DNA of 64,000 nucleotides from Clostridia bacterium (GTDB taxonomy: Bacteria > Bacillota > Clostridia > RGIG6154): contig JAZUPZ010000004.1 in assembly GCA_045605445.1 (NCBI GenBank), forward strand, positions 1,695 to 65,694, in the 5' to 3' direction. The notes below the pieces were generated by a model that worked only from the letters and a program-made list of their open reading frames with translations, did no database searches and had not been told where the DNA came from. This document shows, piece after piece, positions 38,779-48,555 of the stretch (positions are counted from its first letter, which is position 1; the number at the start of each line of letters is the position of its first letter). The position numbers and the translations under genes were made by a program.

Positions 38779-39930
38779 ATGATAACTAAAGATATTAAAT
38801 ATATAGGTGTAAATGACAAAAAAATCGATTTGTTCGAGGGTCAGTACATTGTTCCCAACGGAATTGCATATAATTCCTATGTAATTCTTGACGAGAAAAT
38901 TGCGGTAATGGACAGCGTTGATGCCAATTTTACAGAAGAGTGGCTTAATAATCTTGAAAATGCCCTTGAGGGAAGAACGCCCGATTTTCTTGTGGTTCAC
39001 CATATGGAACCCGACCACTCTGCAAGTATTATACATTTTGCGGAAAAATATCCCCGGGCAAAAATTGTTTCATCGGCAAAATCTTTTGTAATGATGAAAA
39101 ACTTTTTCGGTACCGATTTTGCCGACAGTCAGGTAGTTGTGGGGGAAGGAGATACCCTTTCTCTCGGAAAGCATATCCTTACATTTATTGCTGCGCCAAT
39201 GGTTCACTGGCCGGAGGTAATCGTATCTTACGACCGCTTTGACAAGGTTCTGTTTTCTGCCGACGGCTTCGGAAAGTTCGGAGCTCTCGATGTTGAAGAA
39301 GACTGGGCTTGTGAGGCAAGACGTTATTATATAGGCATTGTGGGCAAATACGGAACTCAGGTGCAGGCACTTCTGAAAAAAACGGCAGCTCTTGATATTG
39401 AAATTATCTGTCCTCTTCACGGTCCCGTTCTTAAGGAAAATCTTGAATATTATATAAATCTTTATGACATCTGGTCAGGCTATAAAACCGAATCTGAGGG
39501 GGTTATGATTGCATACACCTCCGTTTACGGAAATACGAAAAAGGCAGTTCTTGAACTTGAGAAAAAGCTTAAGGAAAAGGGCTGTGAAAAGGTTGTTGTT
39601 AACGACCTTGCAAGATGCGATATGGCAGAGGCGGTTGAAGACGCTTTCAGATACGGTAAAATTGTTCTTGCAACCACAACCTATAACGGGGATATTTTCC
39701 CGTTTATGAAAGAATTTATTGATCATCTTAAAGAAAGAAATTTCCAAAACAAGAAAATAGGTTTTATCGAAAACGGAAGCTGGGCACCCATTGCCGCAAA
39801 AATAATGAAGGAAAGCTTCGAAAAAAGTAAAAATTTAACATTTTGTGAAACAACGGTAAAGATTATGTCTGCATTAAACGATGAAAGCTTAAAACAGCTT
39901 GAGGTTCTTGCGGATAGTCTTACCTGTTAA
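38779..39930 (+). CDS. fprA: Flavodiiron protein (class A FDP; rubredoxin:oxygen/NO oxidoreductase, FprA/ROO type).
   Basis: MBL-like di-iron domain (HHMEPDHSASII...) plus a C-terminal flavodoxin domain (MIAYTSVYGNTKKAV...). A rubredoxin gene follows. Confidence 0.8.
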   Translation: MITKDIKYIGVNDKKIDLFEGQYIVPNGIAYNSYVILDEKIAVMDSVDANFTEEWLNNLENALEGRTPDFLVVHHMEPDHSASIIHFAEKYPRAKIVSSAKSFVMMKNFFGTDFADSQVVVGEGDTLSLGKHILTFIAAPMVHWPEVIVSYDRFDKVLFSADGFGKFGALDVEEDWACEARRYYIGIVGKYGTQVQALLKKTAALDIEIICPLHGPVLKENLEYYINLYDIWSGYKTESEGVMIAYTSVYGNTKKAVLELEKKLKEKGCEKVVVNDLARCDMAEAVEDAFRYGKIVLATTTYNGDIFPFMKEFIDHLKERNFQNKKIGFIENGSWAPIAAKIMKESFEKSKNLTFCETTVKIMSALNDESLKQLEVLADSLTC

Positions 39931-39982
39931 GACTAAACTTTACTGAGTTGGTAAAAATAATAAGGTATAGGAGGTAGACAAA

Positions 39983-40138
39983 ATGAAAAAATATGTATGT
40001 CCCTGCGGATATGTTTATGACCCTGAAACAGGTGACCCCGATAACGGCATTGCTCCCGGCACAGCGTGGGAAGATGTTAGTGAAGATTGGGTTTGCCCTG
40101 TTTGCGGTCTCGGAAAAGATGCCTTTGAAGAGGAATAA
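39983..40138 (+). CDS. rd: Rubredoxin (51 aa; absent from the supplied ORF track because it is under 60 aa).
   Basis: [51 protein letters not shown] has both CxxCG knots. GGAGG RBS. Confidence 0.85.
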   Translation: MKKYVCPCGYVYDPETGDPDNGIAPGTAWEDVSEDWVCPVCGLGKDAFEEE

Positions 40139-40170
40139 TTCTCTTTAAGGCTCAAAGGAGATGATTTGCT

Positions 40171-40653
40171 TTGAAAAGGAAGTTAACCGTTCTTTTGGCG
40201 GGTGTGCTGTGTTCAGCCTTTGTTCTGTTTGCAGCCTGCTCGCCGATGAATGAAATGAAAAATGCCGCGGAAGACGTTAAAAATGGCGTTGAAAACGGCG
40301 TTGAGGAACCCAAAGAAAAAGCAAATGATGTTAAAAAGAGTGTTGAAGATATGGGAAGCGGCGTTAAAGAGGGAGTAAAAAAAGCAACGGAAAATGTTGA
40401 AATGATGACCTCAAACGAAGATAAAAACGTTGACCGTACAAATTTCATAACGGAGGAAATGGCAAAGCAGGTTGCTGTAGATAAAGCAAAGGTTAATGCA
40501 AGCGATGTTACCTTCACAAAGACGGAATTTGAAAAAAACGACGGGGAATACGTTTACGAAATTGAGTTTTATTCGGGCAATACCGAATATGAAACCGAAA
40601 TTTCTGCTTCCGACGGAACAGTTGTTTCCTATGATGTAGACAAACACGAATAA
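40171..40653 (+). CDS. PepSY domain lipoprotein.
   Basis: Lipobox LLAGVLCSAFVLFAACS (TTG start). An acidic low-complexity region is followed by a C-terminal PepSY-like module (VTFTKTEFEKNDGEYVYEIEFYSGNTEYETEISASDGTVVSYDVD). A terminator lies at 40671-40698. Confidence 0.55.
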   Translation: MKRKLTVLLAGVLCSAFVLFAACSPMNEMKNAAEDVKNGVENGVEEPKEKANDVKKSVEDMGSGVKEGVKKATENVEMMTSNEDKNVDRTNFITEEMAKQVAVDKAKVNASDVTFTKTEFEKNDGEYVYEIEFYSGNTEYETEISASDGTVVSYDVDKHE

Positions 40654-40862
40654 CAAAAACAAGCTAATTAAAAAGTCGTCTTTTCAGACGACTTTTTTCC
40701 ATAATATTTTATTTAAGAAATACTTCACACGCGAAGCGAACTTCATTTGTGTGTAAATAAAAAGGGAATTCGATACGGATGCTTTGCATCCGCCTTGCTC
40801 GGGTTCAAATCCCCCCCTCTGAAATTAAAAAATATACCCTATCAACGATAGGGTATATTTTT

Positions 40863-40937
40863 TGGTGACTCCAAGGGGATTTGAACCCCTATTACCGCCT
40901 TGAGAGGGCGATGTCCTAACCATTAGACGATGGAGCC
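40863..40937 (-). tRNA. tRNA-Glu (anticodon CTC).
   Basis: The reverse complement is GGCTCCATCGTCTAATGGTTAGGACATCGCCCTCTCAAGGCGGTAATAGGGGTTCAAATCCCCTTGGAGTCACCA. This is a cloverleaf with a Glu-type D-arm, an anticodon loop CTCTCAA and an encoded CCA. A terminator hairpin lies at 40827-40862. Confidence 0.75.
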
Positions 40938-41074
40938 TTATTCAGTTAACAGAGCCATTATACAACAGACAGAAGAAAAAATCAAGTGGGTTACAAAAAA
41001 TTTTGACAACAAACTCTTAAAATGGTATAATATTTTAAATAGTGCAAAAAAATCAGAAAATGGAGCCTGGTGCT

Positions 41075-41773
41075 ATGTTTTTCAGCAAAAGTTACGAAGT
41101 TAAATACAGCGATATGGACAGCCTCGGAAACCTTAAGCTTTCTGCAATTTTAGAATTTTTGCAGGACATTTCCATAAAGCATGCGGAAACCTCAAAAGAC
41201 TGCTGCATGGATGCCTTAAGCAAAAATAATCTTGCCTGGCTTATCTGTCAGTGGAACATACGGTTTGAGGAAGAGGTTCCAAAGCCCGAAAGGGTAGAGG
41301 TTGAAACCTGCGTTTATTATTTTGGAATGACAAAGTCAAAAAGACAGTACAGAATAAAGGTAAACGGCAGAGTTATTGTCAGCGCAGTCGCCGAATGGTT
41401 TCTGTTTAATTTTAATCTGGGCAAACCCGTTAAAATTGCAGAATATATAAATAAATATTTTCCCGTTTGCGAAAACGAAATAAACCTTGATACGGAAAGA
41501 ATCGAAAAGAGGGAAATGGCGGAAGAAGAAAGCTTCAGGGTTCTTAAAAAGGACATTGATACAAATGTTCACTTAAATAACGTAAGAAGCTTTGACTACA
41601 CCTGTGAAGCACTTGAAAACAGCTTCAGACCGAAAAAAATTACTGTCAGCTATAAGCATTCGGCTTATCTTGGCGACAAAACAAAGCTTTACAAATATGA
41701 GGACGAAAAAGAAATAGTTTCCTGCCTGAAAACAGGGGATAAAGATATAATTGTAACAAAATTTACGAAATGA
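41075..41773 (+). CDS. Acyl-ACP thioesterase (FatA/FatB-like hotdog) family protein.
   Basis: MFFSKSYEVKYSDMDSLGNLKLSAILEFLQDIS...NLAWLICQWNIRF, and a C-terminal second hotdog with NVHLNNV. Confidence 0.7.
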   Translation: MFFSKSYEVKYSDMDSLGNLKLSAILEFLQDISIKHAETSKDCCMDALSKNNLAWLICQWNIRFEEEVPKPERVEVETCVYYFGMTKSKRQYRIKVNGRVIVSAVAEWFLFNFNLGKPVKIAEYINKYFPVCENEINLDTERIEKREMAEEESFRVLKKDIDTNVHLNNVRSFDYTCEALENSFRPKKITVSYKHSAYLGDKTKLYKYEDEKEIVSCLKTGDKDIIVTKFTK

Positions 41774-41898
41774 AAGCTGTAGGGGCGGACGTTCTCGTTT
41801 ACCAACTCGGTCGGCGATAAACGATTGCCACTGGCAATCATCGCCTCTGTCCGCCCGTGTTTAATCGGACAAAAAACAAACAAGAAAGGAAATTGATT

Positions 41899-44514
41899 AT
41901 GAAATACATGGGATTAAATGATATCAGAGAAGAATTTTTAAGCTTTTTTGAATCAAAGGAATGTTTAAGACTGGGAAGCTTTCCCCTTGTGCCGAAGAAC
42001 GATGCCAGCCTTCTTCTTATAAACTCGGGTATGGCGCCAATGAAAAAATGGTTCACCGGGGCAGAAAAGCCTCCGAAAAAGAGAGTTACAACCTGCCAGA
42101 AATGTATCAGAACTCCCGACATTGAGTGTGTAGGCAAAACCGCAAGACACGGAACCTTCTTTGAAATGCTGGGAAACTTCTCCTTTGGTGACTACTTCAA
42201 AAGAGAAGCAATTCACTGGGCATGGGAATTTTTAACAGTAAATATGGGTATTCCGGTTGAAAAGCTCTGGATTACCGTTTATGAAGAAGACGACGAAGCA
42301 AGAGATATCTGGATTAACGAGGTTGGAGTTAATCCAGAAAGAGTCGTAAAGCTTGGTAAGGCCGACAATTTCTGGGAACACGGAACAGGCCCCTGCGGAC
42401 CCTGCTCTGAAATTCACGTTGACAGAGGCGAGGAATACAGCTGTGGTCCCGACTGTCATCTTCCTTGCGAATGTGACAGATTTATGGAAGTATGGAACCT
42501 TGTTTTCACTCAGTTTGACAAGGACGAAGAGGGTAACTATAACCGCCTTGCAAATCCTAATATCGATACCGGTATGGGTCTTGAAAGACTTGCCTGCGTA
42601 ATGCAGGGAGTTGCAAACCTTTTTGAGGTTGACACCGTTAAAAACACAATGGCTGAAATTTCAAAGCTTGCAGGCGTAAATTATAAAGAGGACGAAAAGA
42701 CCGACGTTTCTCTTCGTGTTATAACTGACCATATCAGAAGTACGGTTATGATGGTTTCCGACGGTGTTATTCCGTCAAACGAAGGCAGAGGTTATGTTTT
42801 GAGAAGACTTTTAAGACGTGCTGCAAGACACGGAAAGCTTCTTAACATTCAGGGCGAATTTTTGTATAATATTGCCGACAGCGTAATCGACGAATCAAAG
42901 CAGGGTTATCCCGAACTTGATGAAAAGAGAGAATACATCAAGAAGATTATAAGAATTGAAGAAGAAAGATTTGCAAAAACTATCGATAACGGTCTTGCAA
43001 TTCTTAATGAATACATTGAAAATGCGAAAAAAGAGGGTGCAAAAATCCTCGACGGCGAAAAAGTGTTCAAGCTTAATGATACTTACGGCTTCCCTATTGA
43101 CCTTACTGTTGAAATATGCGCAGAGCAGGGCCTTGAGGTAGACAGAGAAGGCTTTGATAAAGAGCTTGCAAAACAGAAGCAGACTGCAAGAGATGCAAGA
43201 AAAGACGGCTCAAGCTGGGAGGATAACGACAGCTTTAATTTTGAAGATGCTGAAAAAACAGTGTTCACAGGATATACAGAGCTTGAAACCGAAGGTAAAA
43301 TTGTTGGAGTTTCCGGCAATCTTATCGCAGGCGAGGAGGGAATTATCGTAACCGATAAAACTCCTTTCTATGCAGAAATGGGCGGTCAGGCAGGCGACAG
43401 AGGCGTTATTGTTAAAGACGGCGCAAAGGCGAAGGTTGTAAATACCAAGAAAAACGGTGATAATATTTATGTTCACTATGTAACAGTTGAAGAGGGCGAA
43501 TTTGCAAAGGGCGACGTTGTAACCCTTAAGGTTTGCAAAAAGAACAGGATGGCAATCTGCAGAAACCATTCAACAACTCATCTTCTTCACAAGGCACTTA
43601 AAGAGGTTCTTGGCGACCACGTTGCTCAGGCGGGCTCAGAGGTTACTGCAAAGCATTTAAGATTTGACTTTTCTCACTTTGAAGCAATGACAGCTGCAGA
43701 ACTCAAAGAGGTTGAAGCAAAGGTTAACAATGCAATTCTTGAGGCTATGCCGGTTGTTGTTCAGGAGCTTCCTATTGAAGAAGCTAAAAAGCTTGGCGCA
43801 GCAGCGCAGTTCGGCGAAAAATACGGCGAGGTTGTAAGAGTTGTTTCAATGGGCAACTATTCAATGGAATTCTGCGGCGGTACACATCTTGAAAATACAG
43901 CTCAGGCAGGACTCTTTAAAATTCTTTCGGAAGGTGGCGTTTCAGCCGGTGTAAGAAGAATTGAAGCAGTAACAGGACAGGGCGTTCTTGAATATATTGC
44001 AGATAAAAATGCTCTTATCGAAAGAACCGCTGAAACCCTTAAATCGGCAATTCACGAAATTGATATAAAGGCAAAATCAACCGTAAACGAGCTTAAGGAA
44101 GCAGGCAGAACAATTGACGAAATGCGTTCCAAGCTTGCAGGCGGAATGGCCGACGAGGTTCTCTCTTCCGCAAAAGACGTTAAGGGCGTTAAGGTTATTG
44201 CCGCGGCTGTGCCTAATATGGGTATGGACGAAATGATGGTTATGAGCGACAAGCTTAAAGACAAGCTTCAGGGCGCAGGGGTTATTGCTCTCGGCTCTGA
44301 AAAAGATGGCAAGGTTGCTTTTGTTGTAAATGCAAACAAAGATGCGGTTGCTCTTGGTGCTCATGCAGGAAATATCATTAAAGAAATAACAAAAATTGCA
44401 GGCGGTAACGGCGGCGGTAAGCCCGACAGCGCAAGAGGCGGCGGAAAAGACGCTTCCAAAGTTAAAGAGGCTGTTGAATTTGCAGTTTCTGTTGTTGAAA
44501 ATCAGATAAAATAG
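41899..44514 (+). CDS. alaS: Alanine--tRNA ligase.
   Basis: MKYMGLNDIREEFLSFFESKECLRLGSFPLVP..., class II motifs, the editing-domain HxxxH/CxxxH (HSTTHLLH) and a C-terminal DHHA1 domain. The start is set at the ATG after AAAGGAAA. Confidence 0.9.
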   Translation: MKYMGLNDIREEFLSFFESKECLRLGSFPLVPKNDASLLLINSGMAPMKKWFTGAEKPPKKRVTTCQKCIRTPDIECVGKTARHGTFFEMLGNFSFGDYFKREAIHWAWEFLTVNMGIPVEKLWITVYEEDDEARDIWINEVGVNPERVVKLGKADNFWEHGTGPCGPCSEIHVDRGEEYSCGPDCHLPCECDRFMEVWNLVFTQFDKDEEGNYNRLANPNIDTGMGLERLACVMQGVANLFEVDTVKNTMAEISKLAGVNYKEDEKTDVSLRVITDHIRSTVMMVSDGVIPSNEGRGYVLRRLLRRAARHGKLLNIQGEFLYNIADSVIDESKQGYPELDEKREYIKKIIRIEEERFAKTIDNGLAILNEYIENAKKEGAKILDGEKVFKLNDTYGFPIDLTVEICAEQGLEVDREGFDKELAKQKQTARDARKDGSSWEDNDSFNFEDAEKTVFTGYTELETEGKIVGVSGNLIAGEEGIIVTDKTPFYAEMGGQAGDRGVIVKDGAKAKVVNTKKNGDNIYVHYVTVEEGEFAKGDVVTLKVCKKNRMAICRNHSTTHLLHKALKEVLGDHVAQAGSEVTAKHLRFDFSHFEAMTAAELKEVEAKVNNAILEAMPVVVQELPIEEAKKLGAAAQFGEKYGEVVRVVSMGNYSMEFCGGTHLENTAQAGLFKILSEGGVSAGVRRIEAVTGQGVLEYIADKNALIERTAETLKSAIHEIDIKAKSTVNELKEAGRTIDEMRSKLAGGMADEVLSSAKDVKGVKVIAAAVPNMGMDEMMVMSDKLKDKLQGAGVIALGSEKDGKVAFVVNANKDAVALGAHAGNIIKEITKIAGGNGGGKPDSARGGGKDASKVKEAVEFAVSVVENQIK

Positions 44515-44543
44515 TTAAAAGATAATAGTTAAGAGTGTTGGTG

Positions 44544-44600
44544 CAAAATCTTCGGTTTTGTTTTGATTGAACAAAAACAAACTCCGCTTATGCGGAGTTT
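44544..44600 (+). terminator. Tandem terminator hairpins after alaS.
   Basis: caaaatc-ttc-ggttttg plus tttt, then aaactccgc-ttatg-cggagttt. Confidence 0.5.
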
Positions 44601-44648
44601 GTACCTGAATTATTCACTATTCATTATTCATTTAATAAGGAGATAATT

Positions 44649-44990
44649 ATGGATTGTATTTTTTGTAAAATAGCAAATGGTGAAATTCCTTCGCAGTTTG
44701 TTTATGAAGACGATAAAATTGTTGCATTTAAAGATATAAACCCCGTTGCTCCGGTTCACGTTCTTGTTGTTCCGAAAAAACACATCTGCTGTCTTGACGG
44801 ACTTTGCGAAGAAGATAAAGAACTTATGGGACATATTATGCTTTCAATTCCGAAAGTTGCAGAAAAGTTCCCAGAGCTTGAGAAGGGATACCGTGTAATT
44901 AACAATTGTGGCGAAAATGCGGGACAAACCGTAAAGCATATTCATTTCCACATTATTGGCGGACTTTCTCTCGGAGAAAAACTTATTTAA
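44649..44990 (+). CDS. HIT family (histidine triad) nucleotide hydrolase.
   Basis: HIHFHIIGG histidine-triad motif. AAGGAG RBS. Confidence 0.8.
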   Translation: MDCIFCKIANGEIPSQFVYEDDKIVAFKDINPVAPVHVLVVPKKHICCLDGLCEEDKELMGHIMLSIPKVAEKFPELEKGYRVINNCGENAGQTVKHIHFHIIGGLSLGEKLI

Positions 44991-45099
44991 AAAAATAGCT
45001 TGACATATTACTCATTTTGTTATAAAATAAGTAATGTTATGTATAATGCTTTTAATATACCGATAAGGTATATGCATATAGCGGAGGGAGGGAAACCAA

Positions 45100-45276
45100 A
45101 TGTCAGAAGTTAAAATCAAGGAAAATGAATCCTTAGATAGTGCTCTTCGCAGATTTAAACGTCAGTGTGCTAAAGCAGGTGTTTTATCAGAAATCAGAAA
45201 GAGAGAACATTACGAAAAGCCCAGCGTTAAAAGAAAGAAAAAATCTGAGGCAGCAAGAAAGAGAAAATTCAAATAA
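45100..45276 (+). CDS. rpsU: 30S ribosomal protein S21 (58 aa; not in the supplied ORF track).
   Basis: [71 protein letters not shown]. Terminator at 45286-45320. Confidence 0.85.
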   Translation: MSEVKIKENESLDSALRRFKRQCAKAGVLSEIRKREHYEKPSVKRKKKSEAARKRKFK

Positions 45277-45324
45277 GGATTTCCTGAACACGAAACAGTT
45301 AACTGTTTCGTGTTTTTTTCATTT

Positions 45325-45915
45325 TTAATGTTTGGCATTTCCCGCTTTCATCATGCCGCAAAGCGAATCCCAGTTTCCGTCCGCAGCCATTTTTACATCT
45401 CTTATAAAAATGCCCTTAAACCCCGCTCTTTTAACAAGGTTGTGCCTTAGGGAAACGCTTTTAACGTCATGAATCCATACAAGATGACCCGGATGGGTAT
45501 AGTAGGAAGCTCCCGTGCTTTCGTCAGTAAAAATTGTGCTTCCCTTAACGTAGGAGTTGAAAATTCCGCGGTTAACGGAAATAATTTCCTTTCTGCGAAG
45601 CTCAAAGTCAAAGTCGGAGCAGTAAAGGTTAAGCTCAACGTAAGCCTCTTTAAGGTCAGCAAGGGAGGAAAGCGCCCTTTCAAATTTCTTCAGGCTTAAA
45701 AGTCCCGGAAGATGAGGGCTTTCAAAATTTAAAATAACGGTATTGTTTTTTAAATAATGAAGAGCTGCCCTTCTGTCGGGAGGAATAATAACCGCCGTGT
45801 TTTCAGCCTTTAAGTAATTTTTGTCGGAAAAATCCGAAAAGCTTTCAATAACACGGTGAATATGTTTAAGGTGCCGTTCCTCGCGCTCCTTTAAATATCC
45901 CAGAATTTCAAACAA
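45325..45915 (-). CDS. Hypothetical protein with a GH18-like DxDxE motif (SDFDFE). TTG start.
   Basis: 196-aa ORF convergent with rpsU. Only the motif YCSDFDFELR hints at a truncated GH18-like fold. Confidence 0.35.
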   Translation of the reverse strand: MFEILGYLKEREERHLKHIHRVIESFSDFSDKNYLKAENTAVIIPPDRRAALHYLKNNTVILNFESPHLPGLLSLKKFERALSSLADLKEAYVELNLYCSDFDFELRRKEIISVNRGIFNSYVKGSTIFTDESTGASYYTHPGHLVWIHDVKSVSLRHNLVKRAGFKGIFIRDVKMAADGNWDSLCGMMKAGNAKH

Positions 45916-45996
45916 GGGAGATTATCCTTTCCTTTCTTGTATTTTATAAATATTTATGATAAAATAAATTCGATTATTATAGTAAAGGGAAAAAAT

Positions 45997-46476
45997 ATGA
46001 AAAAATTATATCCGAAATATAAATATGAGAGTATAGAAAAAATAAATTTTGAAATGCTTAAGAAGGAAGGCATAAAAGGCTTTATTTTAGATATAGATAA
46101 TACCCTTGTTGAGCCTCATACTCCCGTTGCCGATGAAAGAACGGTAAAATTTGTTAAATTTCTCAGAGAAGAAGGCTTCAGAGTGTGCATTGTTTCAAAC
46201 AATATTTATGAAAGAGCAAAAAAATTTGCCGACTCAATTCCCGTAGATTTTATCTGCGACGGTAACAAGCCTGCAAAAAAACCCTTTTATCTGGCGCTTG
46301 AAAAGCTTAAGCTTGAACCGGGCGAGGTTGCAGTTGTGGGCGACCAGATTTTTACCGATGTGCTCGGAGCCAACCGATGGGGCTTTGTGTCGGTTCTTGT
46401 AAAACCTGTTTGCAACAAAGAGGGATGGTTTGTGAAGTTTAAAAGAATTTTTGAACGATTTATCGTCAGATGGTAA
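45997..46476 (+). CDS. YqeG-family HAD-IIIA phosphatase.
   Basis: GFILDIDNTLV (DxDxT motif), ...CIVSNN..., ...VVGDQIFTDVLGANRWG..., typical of YqeG. Confidence 0.65.
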   Translation: MKKLYPKYKYESIEKINFEMLKKEGIKGFILDIDNTLVEPHTPVADERTVKFVKFLREEGFRVCIVSNNIYERAKKFADSIPVDFICDGNKPAKKPFYLALEKLKLEPGEVAVVGDQIFTDVLGANRWGFVSVLVKPVCNKEGWFVKFKRIFERFIVRW

Positions 46477-46611
46477 ATATGCAGGGGCGCCCCTATGTGG
46501 TCGACCTCATATTGCACCCTTGTAGGGAACGACGCCTCTGTCGTTCCGTGTAAGGTAATTATCAATTTGATGTTACGCGGCAAATAATTGATAAACGAAA
46601 GGAATTTATTT

Positions 46612-47469
46612 ATGATCAGAATAGGAACAGCGGGAAATCCCGATGAATTTTACGGAAGCGGAAAAAAGTCAAGCTTTGAAATGCCCCTGTGGCTTAAAGA
46701 AAAAGGACTTAATGCTTATGAATATCAATGCGGAAAAGGTGTAAAAATAACTCAGCCCACTGCAGAAAAAATAGGGGCGGAGGCGGAAAAAAACGGAATT
46801 GCTCTTTCTCTTCATTCGCCATATTTTATAAGTCTTTCCTCCGTTGAAGAAGAAAAAAGAATCAAAAGCGTAGATTATATAATGCAGTCTCTTAACGCTG
46901 CAAAAATGATGGGCGCCAAAAGAGTTGTTGTTCATTCCGGCTCCTGCGCAAAAATTTCTAGAGAGGAAGCTCTTTCTCTTGCAAAGGAAACCTTGAAAAT
47001 GGCGCTTGACGAACAGCTAAAAAACGGCTTTGAAGATATTCTTCTCTGCCCGGAAACAATGGGAAAGGTTAATCAGCTCGGAACTGTTGACGAGGTTCTT
47101 GAAATGTGTACCCTTTCTGAAAGACTTGTTCCCTGTATTGATTTCGGTCATATAAATGCAAGGGAGTTCGGCTCCTTGAAGGCTTATGAAGACTTTGAGG
47201 CAATAACTGACAAAATATATAATAAGCTTGGCGAAGAAAGAGGAAGAAAGTTCCATGTTCACTTTTCAAGAATAGAATTTACCGTTCCCGGCGGCGAAAA
47301 GAAGCATATTCCGTATAGCGACCTCTCTTTCGGTCCTGATTTTGACCCCTTTGCAGAGCTTATAGTAAAAAAGAATTTAGAGCCCTTTATAATTTGCGAA
47401 TCGCCGGGTACTCAGGGAGAAGATGCGCTGACTTATAAAACTATAATAGAGGGAATTAAAAATGCGTAA
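46612..47469 (+). CDS. TIM-barrel AP-endonuclease-2/UV-damage-endonuclease (UvsE)-like protein.
   Basis: The metal-ligand pattern aligns with B. subtilis UvsE by eye: LSLHSPYFISLSS, VVVHSGS, LLCPETMG, CIDFGHINA, KFHVHFS. GAAAGGA RBS before the ATG at 46612. Confidence 0.4.
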   Translation: MIRIGTAGNPDEFYGSGKKSSFEMPLWLKEKGLNAYEYQCGKGVKITQPTAEKIGAEAEKNGIALSLHSPYFISLSSVEEEKRIKSVDYIMQSLNAAKMMGAKRVVVHSGSCAKISREEALSLAKETLKMALDEQLKNGFEDILLCPETMGKVNQLGTVDEVLEMCTLSERLVPCIDFGHINAREFGSLKAYEDFEAITDKIYNKLGEERGRKFHVHFSRIEFTVPGGEKKHIPYSDLSFGPDFDPFAELIVKKNLEPFIICESPGTQGEDALTYKTIIEGIKNA

Positions 47470-48484
47470 ACAAAAATTGCTTGAAGCTTCGGGAAACCTT
47501 CCCGTTTATCTTACCGATTCTGCCGATATGCTCTATTATTCCGGCTTCACCGGGGAGGGAGCGGTTATAATTTCCGAAAAGGAAACGGTTGTCCTTACTG
47601 ACGGACGTTATACCTTTCAGGCTAAACAGGAAACCGCAGGTGCAAGGGTAGAAAACTGTCTTAAACACAGCGAATATCTTGAAAAATATGATAAAGTTTA
47701 TTTTCAGCCCCACAGTCTTTCCTTTAAAGAATACAGTTATTTAAAGAGCAACGGAGCGAAGCTTGTTCCTTTTGGAGTTGATTTCGATGAGCTTCGCAGC
47801 GTAAAAGACGAGGAGGAGCTCAACTGCCTTCGTATGGCGGCGGCAATCGGCGACAAGGTGTTTTATAAAATTCTTGAAGAAATCAGAGCGGGGAAAACCG
47901 AAAAGGAAATTGCCGCAAAGATTGATTATTACATCAAGGAGTTCGGCGGAGAAAAATCCTCTTTTGACACTATCTGTGTTTCGGGAGTAAATTCCTGCAA
48001 GCCTCACGGAGTGCCAACGGATAAAAAAATCGATAACGGCGATTTTGTTACAATGGATTTCGGGTGCGTTTTTAAGGGCTATTGCTCGGATATGACAAGA
48101 ACCGTTGCTGTAGGCTTTGTTACCGATGAAATGAAAAAGGTTTACGACACCGTTCTTAAAGCTCAGGAAAGTGCTCAGGAATTTGTTTGTTCGGGAAAAG
48201 GCGCCAAAGAGGCCGATAATGTTGCAAGAAAAATAATTGAAGATGCAGGCTACGGTGAAAATTTCACTCACAGTCTGGGGCACGGCGTTGGAATTAAAAT
48301 CCACGAAAAGCCGAATCTTTCCCCAAGGGCTGATGTAATTCTTGAAAAAAACAACGTTGTAACCGTTGAACCGGGAATTTATATTGATCAAAAATTCGGA
48401 GTAAGAATTGAAAATACCGTGATTGTAGGGGAAAATGGAAGCGAAAGTCTGCAAAAAGCGGGAAAAGAATTGATAATATTGTAA
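47462..48484 (+). CDS. M24 family Xaa-Pro aminopeptidase/dipeptidase.
   Basis: Creatinase-N plus pita-bread fold. Metal ligands in DFGCVFKGYCSDMTRT and HSLGHGVGIKIHE, and ...VEPGIY... Confidence 0.8.
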   Translation: MRKQKLLEASGNLPVYLTDSADMLYYSGFTGEGAVIISEKETVVLTDGRYTFQAKQETAGARVENCLKHSEYLEKYDKVYFQPHSLSFKEYSYLKSNGAKLVPFGVDFDELRSVKDEEELNCLRMAAAIGDKVFYKILEEIRAGKTEKEIAAKIDYYIKEFGGEKSSFDTICVSGVNSCKPHGVPTDKKIDNGDFVTMDFGCVFKGYCSDMTRTVAVGFVTDEMKKVYDTVLKAQESAQEFVCSGKGAKEADNVARKIIEDAGYGENFTHSLGHGVGIKIHEKPNLSPRADVILEKNNVVTVEPGIYIDQKFGVRIENTVIVGENGSESLQKAGKELIIL

Positions 48485-48555
48485 ATAGTACTTGAAATTT
48501 TTGCTAATTTATTATAGAATATATACGTATAAATATTATTGGAGGTTTTTTACTT

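Noticed and set aside
47741-48454. 237-aa minus-strand ORF
   Set aside because: Antisense to the M24 peptidase gene, with no independent support.
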